A stretch of DNA of 64,000 nt from an uncultured Bacillales bacterium (GTDB lineage: Bacteria > Bacillota_I > Bacilli_A > RFN20 > CAG-826), in the NCBI GenBank assembly GCA_946403545.1, contig CAMJAG010000001.1, positions 872-64,871 on the forward strand, given 5' to 3'. The position numbers and the translations under genes were made by a program. Positions 43,199 to 50,437 of the stretch are shown here, piece by piece; the stretch's first letter is position 1; the number at the start of each line of letters is the position of its first letter. The notes under the pieces are model-generated. The model was not told where the DNA came from and did not search any database. It saw nothing but the letters and a program-made list of their open reading frames with translations.

Positions 43199-45580
43199 AT
43201 GTATCCTGAATTACTTGCTATTTTCATTATTACTGGAGTTGTTGAACTCGTTTTAATAGGTGTATTTTTTTATAACCTAATCAGATATAGATATCTTGGT
43301 AATAAATATTTTTACGTAACTGTAAGTGTATTAGTTCTTTTGATGTATTCAACATTCGTCAATAGATCATCAGATCTTTCTATTTCTATGTTTGGAAACA
43401 TAGTGTTTGACACTATTGCGGCAGCAGTAGGTAAAGTTGATACTGAAAAGATTTCTTGGCTGTTTTTACCGGGCGAATGGAATAAATGGCTAGTAATTTT
43501 CTACTTTATCGCCTCATATACAACATTCGCATTCTTATCCATCACAGTTATTCTTAACTTTGCAAAACTCTTCTTAAATGCATTTATTTTCTATAAAAGA
43601 CGAATTATAAATGGAGCAAATGTGTACTATTTGTTCACAGATTCTAGAAATGAAACAGTAATTCCTTTAGCCACTAAACTATTAGATGAAACAAAAGGTC
43701 GTAAAAACTCAGTTAAAGTTTTCGTTTCTAGAGCATCTTTAAAAACTCAAGAAGGTAATGAATTTAGAGATATGTTAGTGGGCTTAGGCATTCCTGTTCA
43801 AGCTGAAAAATTCTCATACAGGATGGCTAGAAAGATCTTTAATTCTAGATACTTCAAACTACATCTTTTTGATAAGCAACAATCGTTTATTTACTTACTT
43901 TTCTCAAATGACGAAACCACTACAAAAGTGGCAACTGATTTCAAAACAGCGATTCAAAAGAATCGTAAGTTTAAAAAAATTAACGACTTTGTAACTCTTT
44001 TAAAGGAAACAAAAGACAAAGATAAATTAGAGAAATTAAAAGAGAACTTTAATGAGAAAGAATATGATTTATTACAAAAAATCCAAATCTTTGTCACTTA
44101 TCAAGAAACAGATTTAGATATTCTCCATAACTTCTCTGGAGAGACATTGCATATCATGAATACTCTTTCTAAGTACGACATGATTGCTTCTAGATTTGTA
44201 TTTGATAATCCAATCTCTCAATTAGTGGACTTAAACAACATCAAACTTAAAGAAGACAATAAACATTTAAATGTTACACTCCTTGGTTTTGGTGTTATTG
44301 ATAGAGCAATATTTGAAAGAATGACATTCTCTTATCAACTTTATGGAGATAATATTAACAAAGTTAATTACCATGTTTTAGATAGAGATGCTGATTCTTT
44401 AATTAAACCTTATGTAAACGAATATACAGATAGAAATAACAGTGTTTATCTATACTCTATCGACTCCGCTTTCGATGGAGAAGATTTAAGACACTACGAA
44501 ACAATTGATAGATATATCTCATCATTGCAAAACGATCCAAACCGTTTCCAAGATGATGGTTTTGAAATCTTTGTTATTTCAGTCATAAACTCAAATAACG
44601 ATTTAAATATCGCGCTTAACTTAAGAAGAGCTATCTTAAAATACTTCAATGATAGATGTGAACAAGTTGTTATTTACGTCAGAGTTGCAGAAAGACTCAT
44701 TGGAGAACAATTCAGAGGTTCAAATCTTTCATACACATACGAAACTCTCTCTCATATTCACGAAGTAAAAGACTTCAATAAGAAATCTGATGTAGAGAAA
44801 GAAGCATACTTCAACTCATTCAAGGACGAGGAAGAAAGAAAAGCAGCAGAGAAAAGATTAATTAAAGATTTAAAAGCACCTATCATTCTCTTTGGTAATG
44901 ATGCAATTATGTCCACATATCTTGCTAGAGAACATAAATACTTCATGGGATTCGCTGAAAACGCTTGGAAATCCTACCAATTAGAACAAGCTTATAACAA
45001 TTATTCTGAAACTCAACTTGATAGATTATGGTTAAGACAAAATAAACAAGAAGTTAAAAATAACACTGATTATGTTCTTTCACTTAGAACAAAGCTAAAC
45101 TTATTTGGCTACAAACTAAATCTAAATAAACAAGAAAACCAATACTTAATGGTTCCTGGTGATGATGTTTCAATTCTTACTTCAGGTGAAAATGAAGAAA
45201 CATTCCTTGAAAGAACAAAACTTAAAGATGAAACTGGTGATGTTGCAAAAGTTCTTAAGATTGCTGATATGGAACATAACCGCTGGTTACAATCCAATAA
45301 CCAAAGATTTAGATATTTATCTAAAGATTACACAAAGGTCGAGGATCAAGAACTATTTGGAGTGAATAAATACACCAATGAAAAAGAAATCACAAGGAAA
45401 TATAACGACAATACACAACACATTTGTATGGTCACTAATGAGGGATTAAGAGACTTCTACAATTATGTTGGAAAGAAAAATCCTGAATATAAAGATGTCG
45501 CTTTAAAACTTGTGTACACAAACGATATTGTTCAGTTAAGAACGATAATCAAAAATGGAACAGAACAAAAGAATAAATAA
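43199..45580 (+). CDS. large membrane protein with Rossmann-like (GxGxxD) segment and weak C-terminal RyR-like signature
   Basis: Four or five N-terminal TM segments. VTLLGFGVIDRAI. C-terminal IADMEHNRWLQSN. SD GAGG. Confidence 0.5.
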   Translation: MYPELLAIFIITGVVELVLIGVFFYNLIRYRYLGNKYFYVTVSVLVLLMYSTFVNRSSDLSISMFGNIVFDTIAAAVGKVDTEKISWLFLPGEWNKWLVIFYFIASYTTFAFLSITVILNFAKLFLNAFIFYKRRIINGANVYYLFTDSRNETVIPLATKLLDETKGRKNSVKVFVSRASLKTQEGNEFRDMLVGLGIPVQAEKFSYRMARKIFNSRYFKLHLFDKQQSFIYLLFSNDETTTKVATDFKTAIQKNRKFKKINDFVTLLKETKDKDKLEKLKENFNEKEYDLLQKIQIFVTYQETDLDILHNFSGETLHIMNTLSKYDMIASRFVFDNPISQLVDLNNIKLKEDNKHLNVTLLGFGVIDRAIFERMTFSYQLYGDNINKVNYHVLDRDADSLIKPYVNEYTDRNNSVYLYSIDSAFDGEDLRHYETIDRYISSLQNDPNRFQDDGFEIFVISVINSNNDLNIALNLRRAILKYFNDRCEQVVIYVRVAERLIGEQFRGSNLSYTYETLSHIHEVKDFNKKSDVEKEAYFNSFKDEEERKAAEKRLIKDLKAPIILFGNDAIMSTYLAREHKYFMGFAENAWKSYQLEQAYNNYSETQLDRLWLRQNKQEVKNNTDYVLSLRTKLNLFGYKLNLNKQENQYLMVPGDDVSILTSGENEETFLERTKLKDETGDVAKVLKIADMEHNRWLQSNNQRFRYLSKDYTKVEDQELFGVNKYTNEKEITRKYNDNTQHICMVTNEGLRDFYNYVGKKNPEYKDVALKLVYTNDIVQLRTIIKNGTEQKNK

Positions 45581-45588
45581 CCTATGAA

Positions 45589-45614
45589 AAGCCATAGAAC
45601 TGGCTTTTCTTTTT
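45589..45614 (+). terminator. intrinsic terminator after the 793-aa gene
   Basis: AAGCCA (45589-45594) pairs with TGGCTT (45601-45606), followed by TTCTTTTT. Confidence 0.6.
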
Positions 45615-45632
45615 ACTTTACACTACAAATAC

Positions 45633-45645
45633 ACGCATAATGCGT
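45633..45645. promoter_or_regulatory. perfect palindrome ACGCAT-A-ATGCGT abutting a TATAAT box (candidate operator)
   Basis: Palindrome at 45633-45645. TATAAT at 45648-45653. The operon starts at 45695. Confidence 0.3.
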
Positions 45646-45694
45646 TATATAATGGATTTGTAGAAATACAAATATAGCAATGGAGAATTAGATT

Positions 45695-46618
45695 ATGATT
45701 ACAGAAATTCATAAGAATTATTCTGCTTTTCGAGAAATGTTGTTAGCCACAACTGCTTTAAGCAACCGTTCTAGTAAGAAATATGATGACGATTGCAAAG
45801 CAATCATTGATTTCATCGGAGAAGCATATGGTCTAGAAAAAGACCTCGTAGAATATTGTAAAAAGGTCATTTTAGATGAACTAGTTACAATATCTACTGA
45901 CCAAGATATCCGCGCTTTCGTAAATTCACATACCGCTGACAGTGAATTAGAAGAATTAGACTCTTTATTAAGCGCTAAATGTGATGTTATTGGAGTTATT
46001 AGAAACTTTGGAGAAGTTAGAAGTCCTCAATTAAGTGAGACTTGGTTTGACTATAGTCATAGCAATCCATATTATCCAGAAATTAGATATCAACAATTAT
46101 CTATCGCTGCTTCCACAGGTAATGTAGTAGCAAATAAGATCGTTGGTATTCTTTCTGTTTTAGGTATTGGATGCGAAGCTACTAGAGAAAAGGTTCTTTC
46201 TGGAGTTTATAGACTTAGACAATGCGCTATTTGGGGAGACATTTCTTCTCTAATTATGATTAGACAAGTTTATAGAATCTTAGAAATGAAAGAACAAGTA
46301 AAACTCTATGATGAATTAGTGTCATTAGTACCTTTCATGAAAGAAGGAAGAACAGTAATTCCTCAAAGAATTGCAGAGAAAATCTCTAGAGAAGCAATAG
46401 AAACATTCGCAATTATCTGTTCTATTAAACAAGACATTATCTTAAATCAACATAAGTTCTACATAGATTATTCATTCGTTGAAGTTATGTTACTTAAAGA
46501 AGTTGATTACTATGATAAACTCCACTTCATTAATAAATATGACGCTCAAGAGTGGAAAGAAGTTACTAACTCATCATTTAATCCAAATAAGAAGATTGGA
46601 TTTAAGATTGGAGAATAG
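45695..46618 (+). CDS. helical repeat protein (Sel1/TPR-like?)
   Basis: 307 aa. The segment AASTGNVVANKIVGILSVLGIGCEATREKVLSGVYRLRQCAIWGD resembles Sel1-like repeats. SD GGAG. Confidence 0.35.
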   Translation: MITEIHKNYSAFREMLLATTALSNRSSKKYDDDCKAIIDFIGEAYGLEKDLVEYCKKVILDELVTISTDQDIRAFVNSHTADSELEELDSLLSAKCDVIGVIRNFGEVRSPQLSETWFDYSHSNPYYPEIRYQQLSIAASTGNVVANKIVGILSVLGIGCEATREKVLSGVYRLRQCAIWGDISSLIMIRQVYRILEMKEQVKLYDELVSLVPFMKEGRTVIPQRIAEKISREAIETFAIICSIKQDIILNQHKFYIDYSFVEVMLLKEVDYYDKLHFINKYDAQEWKEVTNSSFNPNKKIGFKIGE

Positions 46619-46621
46619 ATT

Positions 46622-48586
46622 ATGAAAAGAAGACCATATTCTGAACAAGTATCTCAAAAATACATTGATCAAAATCTTGAAAACACTCAAATAATGTCCT
46701 TCCTTGAATATAAAGGTAAAGGCTACGCTAAATACTTATTTGATGATTTAGCAAAAACTGATATCAAAGGATTCCCATTCTCTAGTGATTTTGTATCTTC
46801 TAAAGGGAAATCATATTCCTTTATTGATTTTGAAAATCTAAGTGATAAAGAAAAAGCGGATTGTAAACTTAGATTCTTCTATTTACCTAATTATCATGAG
46901 TTATATATCGGTACTACTGGTTCTGGTAAAACTACAGGATGTATTGAACCACAAATCAGAGCGATATCCACTCAAAAGAATAAAGCTAACTTATTTATTA
47001 CTGACCCTAAAGGTGAGTTATTTGAACATAATGGTAAATACTTAAAAGACCAAGGTTATAACGTATTTGTTCTTAACTTTAGAAACTTAGGTAGAACTCA
47101 TACATGGAATCCACTTAAAGAAATGTATGAAAAACAAATGGAATCTCTCACTATTGGAAAGAATAGTAAGAAATGTAATTGTCCAGTAGATAAGTCACTA
47201 GCGTTAATGTCTGAAAAGAGTAAATATCAAGGCACATATATTGCTTATAAACACATGGCATTTGCAACACAAGAAGACTTTGATAAATACGTGAATATTG
47301 AAACTTATTTAAATAAATCCAAAGTTTCTTCATTAGTTAACCAATTATGTGACTGTATCTTTAGTGAAGATAAATCCACTACAGATAGAACTTGGAGTGA
47401 TGGTGCTAGAGGATTATTCCATGGTATTTTATTGTCCATGTTAGAAGAAGCTGTTTTACCAGGAAGTAAGTTTAGCGAACAACATATGACATTAAAGACA
47501 GTTAACGATATCTTCAATTTAATTAGAGAAGGTAGCGAAACTCGCGATTCATATGGAGATCACTACACTAACGAAGAAATGCATGAGAAGATGGTAGACT
47601 TCTTGCATGGTAAATCATCTATTTGTATGAGCAAGTTAAATAATATTATTAAGACTGCTCAAACAACGAGAAAAGGGTTTTTATCAACATTCTTATCCAC
47701 TACTGAAAAATGGATGCAAGGTCACATCTATCAATTGACAAGTCATACATCTATTTCTCTAGAAGATAATGAACATCCTTGGGCGGTATTTGTATCCACT
47801 AGAGACTATGATAAATCAGATAATGTTATCGCTGGTTTATTCATTGACTGGGTATATAGACAATCTCTACAAGCTGTTGAAGAGAAACGTAAACTCGGTT
47901 TAGAACCTAGACCAATTCACTTCTTATTAGATGAATTCGCTAACATTCCAAGAATCCCTGACTTTGATAATAAGATTGCTACTGCTAGAAGTAGAAATAT
48001 GTGGTTCCACTTATTCGTTCAATCTTATGATCAATTAGATTTAATCTATGGAGAAGAAACAGCCTCTATTATCGTAGATAACTGTAACCAACAAACATTC
48101 TTAGGTTCTCAATCTCAAGAAACTAAAGAAAGATTCTCTAGAGAATGTGGTAAAAAGACTGTTACATCCTTAGAAGGTGTTATTCATGGTGAAGTTAACG
48201 ATGTTGTAGAAATCCCAGTTGTGCCTATCACAAGTCTAGATCAAATCAAACCTGGTGAAATGTACACTAAACGTATTTATTCTCCAATATTAAGATGTAG
48301 CTTTATCAGAAGCTATCAATGCGCTCAACAAGGTATCTTTAAAAACTTCTGGAATAATAAAGCGGAAGAAGAACTTATTCCACTTAACTATGTTATTCCT
48401 GATGATTTAGAACATTCTTATTTACCAGTATTAAGCGCTATTGAAGTAAGAAGATTATGTCCACCTAGACCAAGAAATCCTCGTAGTAGAGTTCAATACG
48501 AAGATGAAGACATGGAAGCAGAAGATCCTGAAGACTTTGAAGACTTCTTACATGAAGTTCAACTTAAGATGAAAGGAAAGAAGTAG
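46622..48586 (+). CDS. soluble VirD4/TraG/TraD-family (type IV coupling protein-like) P-loop ATPase
   Basis: Walker A GTTGSGKTTG. FITDPKGE. Walker B-like HFLLDEFANIP. Also FHLFVQSYDQL. No N-terminal TM segments. Acidic C-terminal tail. Confidence 0.7.
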   Translation: MKRRPYSEQVSQKYIDQNLENTQIMSFLEYKGKGYAKYLFDDLAKTDIKGFPFSSDFVSSKGKSYSFIDFENLSDKEKADCKLRFFYLPNYHELYIGTTGSGKTTGCIEPQIRAISTQKNKANLFITDPKGELFEHNGKYLKDQGYNVFVLNFRNLGRTHTWNPLKEMYEKQMESLTIGKNSKKCNCPVDKSLALMSEKSKYQGTYIAYKHMAFATQEDFDKYVNIETYLNKSKVSSLVNQLCDCIFSEDKSTTDRTWSDGARGLFHGILLSMLEEAVLPGSKFSEQHMTLKTVNDIFNLIREGSETRDSYGDHYTNEEMHEKMVDFLHGKSSICMSKLNNIIKTAQTTRKGFLSTFLSTTEKWMQGHIYQLTSHTSISLEDNEHPWAVFVSTRDYDKSDNVIAGLFIDWVYRQSLQAVEEKRKLGLEPRPIHFLLDEFANIPRIPDFDNKIATARSRNMWFHLFVQSYDQLDLIYGEETASIIVDNCNQQTFLGSQSQETKERFSRECGKKTVTSLEGVIHGEVNDVVEIPVVPITSLDQIKPGEMYTKRIYSPILRCSFIRSYQCAQQGIFKNFWNNKAEEELIPLNYVIPDDLEHSYLPVLSAIEVRRLCPPRPRNPRSRVQYEDEDMEAEDPEDFEDFLHEVQLKMKGKK

Positions 48587-48587
48587 T

Positions 48588-49133
48588 ATGGCTAACGATA
48601 ATTTTGAAGAATTATATAAACAAGGAATTATAGTCATCACTACTGGTATAGAAGATATGGATGTTACTAGTAACATCATCTTATCTCTTCTTAATTGGAA
48701 CAGAATTGATCCAAAGAAAGAATTACAACTCTATATCTCTTCAGTATCTGGAGACTACCTAAATGTCCTTTCTATTTATGACGCTATCCAATCAATTAGT
48801 AATCCAATTTCAGGATATTGTATTGGTTTAGTTGGTAGTTGCGCTGCACTACTTTTAGCGGCGTGTAACAAAGGTAAACGCTACATTTTAGAGCATAGTC
48901 AAATTGCTTTAAGAGAGATTTCTGGCATTATTCCTGGTGGAAGTAAACAACAAACAGAAATCGAAATTCTCGCAAACGAATTAGCGTCTCAAAGAGAAAC
49001 ATTTGAATCTCTTCTTTCAAAACATACAGGTCAATCCGTTGAAGAAATACACCACCTTTGCTATGAAAACACTTATTTAACTCCTGAAGAAGCTATTAAA
49101 AAAGGCTTCGTAGATAAGATTGTGAGGAAATAA
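48588..49133 (+). CDS. ClpP-like (S14) subunit, predicted catalytically inactive
   Basis: Aligns by eye with ClpP. Ser is kept (GLVGSCAA), but His is replaced (IALREI versus IHQP) and Asp is replaced (YENTYL versus ERDRFL). Confidence 0.6.
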   Translation: MANDNFEELYKQGIIVITTGIEDMDVTSNIILSLLNWNRIDPKKELQLYISSVSGDYLNVLSIYDAIQSISNPISGYCIGLVGSCAALLLAACNKGKRYILEHSQIALREISGIIPGGSKQQTEIEILANELASQRETFESLLSKHTGQSVEEIHHLCYENTYLTPEEAIKKGFVDKIVRK

Positions 49134-49135
49134 TT

Positions 49136-49648
49136 ATGGATAACAGAATTATTACTTTAAATGGTGAAATCAACGAAGGAAGCGCGATGAAAGTTATTCT
49201 TTCATTACTTCAAATGGATGCTGAAAATAGAAAACAACCAATATATCTATATATCAACTCTCCTGGTGGAAATATTGTTCATGGATTAGCAATATATGAT
49301 GTTATGAATAACATATCCGCTCCGGTATATACAGTATGTAATGGCATGGCAGCATCGATGGGTAGTTTCTTACTCTCTTGTGGTGCTAAAGGACATAGAT
49401 ATTGTTTAAAACACTCTCGTATTCTTATCCATCAACCACTTGTCTATAACAACTATGGAAGAATGATTGAAGAAAGCGAAGCTCAACAAATCGCCGCTAA
49501 TTTAAGAAAAGATAGAGATAAATTAGAACAAATCATGGCAGACAATTCTGGTAAAGACATTAAAGTCTTCCATAAGGATTGTGAAAGAGACCATTGGATG
49601 AGCGCTCAAGAAGCTCTAGACTATGGTCTAATAGATAAGATTATCTAA
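49136..49648 (+). CDS. ClpP-like (S14) serine protease subunit, catalytic triad intact, N-terminal axial region missing
   Basis: YINSPGG, GMAASMG (Ser), ILIHQP (His) and CERDHWMSAQEA (Asp). It starts at the position equivalent to RVIFLTG of canonical ClpP. Confidence 0.7.
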   Translation: MDNRIITLNGEINEGSAMKVILSLLQMDAENRKQPIYLYINSPGGNIVHGLAIYDVMNNISAPVYTVCNGMAASMGSFLLSCGAKGHRYCLKHSRILIHQPLVYNNYGRMIEESEAQQIAANLRKDRDKLEQIMADNSGKDIKVFHKDCERDHWMSAQEALDYGLIDKII

Positions 49649-49650
49649 GA

Positions 49651-49680
49651 AAAGAGGAAGTCCTAGACTTCCTTTTATTT
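49651..49680. terminator. bidirectional terminator shared by the convergent operons
   Basis: GGAAGTC (49656-49662) pairs with GACTTCC (49666-49672), flanked by an A-run and a T-run. Confidence 0.65.
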
Positions 49681-50433
49681 CACTCTATTAAGTATTAACT
49701 CAAGTGTTTCTTGGTTATTTGCAACCACTAATGAATCGCTACCAAATTCGTATTCTTTTTTATTGATGGTTTTATAAACCATTCCAGCTTCTTTTATCAA
49801 TAAAAGACCTGGTGCTATATCCCATATGTAATTGTAGTAGCAGATATATGCTTGTGCTTTTGATGTGGCTAATGTAGTAAAGTCTACACAAGCCGCTCCT
49901 AAAAGTCTCGTTTTAAGGAAATTCCCTTGTAAATCCTTCATTAATTCAAATTGTTTATCAAATGAAATGGTTTTGTTATCTTTATAAAAATCACTAGATA
50001 ATAAAACTCCATCTTCATGTTTAATATCTTTATTTACTTTAATAGGTTTTCCATTAAGGAAAGCTCCACCATCTTTCTTAGCAAGATATAACTCATCCTT
50101 ATATGGCAAATAGATTATTGATAACACTACTTCTTTCCTTTGGAAAACCGCTAGTTGAATACCACAAAGTTCTATGCCCATTGAATAGTTACAAGTGCCA
50201 TCAAGTGGATCGATAACAAAGGTTAGTTCATCTGTTAGTGGTTCGTTTTTACTTTCTTCTGCGATTATTTTTGCTTGAGGGAATTCTTTTTTAATAGCGT
50301 TAACAAAATAATCATTAAGTTCTAAATCCGCTTCTGAGAGTAAGTCATTAATAGATTTATGTTTAATTGATTTATGTTGCTTAAAGAATATGTCTTTTGA
50401 AGATAAAACTAGTTGTTTTAAATACTCTTCCAT
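49675..50433 (-). CDS. inositol monophosphatase / CysQ-family phosphatase
   Basis: Motifs IDPLDGTCNY and WDIAPG. Starts 4 nt after the TIR-STAND stop. Confidence 0.75.
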   Translation of the reverse strand: MEEYLKQLVLSSKDIFFKQHKSIKHKSINDLLSEADLELNDYFVNAIKKEFPQAKIIAEESKNEPLTDELTFVIDPLDGTCNYSMGIELCGIQLAVFQRKEVVLSIIYLPYKDELYLAKKDGGAFLNGKPIKVNKDIKHEDGVLLSSDFYKDNKTISFDKQFELMKDLQGNFLKTRLLGAACVDFTTLATSKAQAYICYYNYIWDIAPGLLLIKEAGMVYKTINKKEYEFGSDSLVVANNQETLELILNRVK

Positions 50434-50437
50434 GCGA

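Noticed and set aside
46622-48586. VirD4/TraG-like gene read as part of a conjugative element or ICE
   Set aside because: No relaxase, VirB4-like ATPase, channel or pilus genes, integrase or oriT-like repeats occur in the window. The protein lacks the N-terminal TM anchor. It is translationally coupled to ClpP-like genes instead.
48588-49648. The two ClpP-like genes read as the housekeeping clpP
   Set aside because: They are shorter than canonical ClpP and lack the N-terminal axial segment. One has lost His and Asp. They sit in an accessory operon with no clpX.
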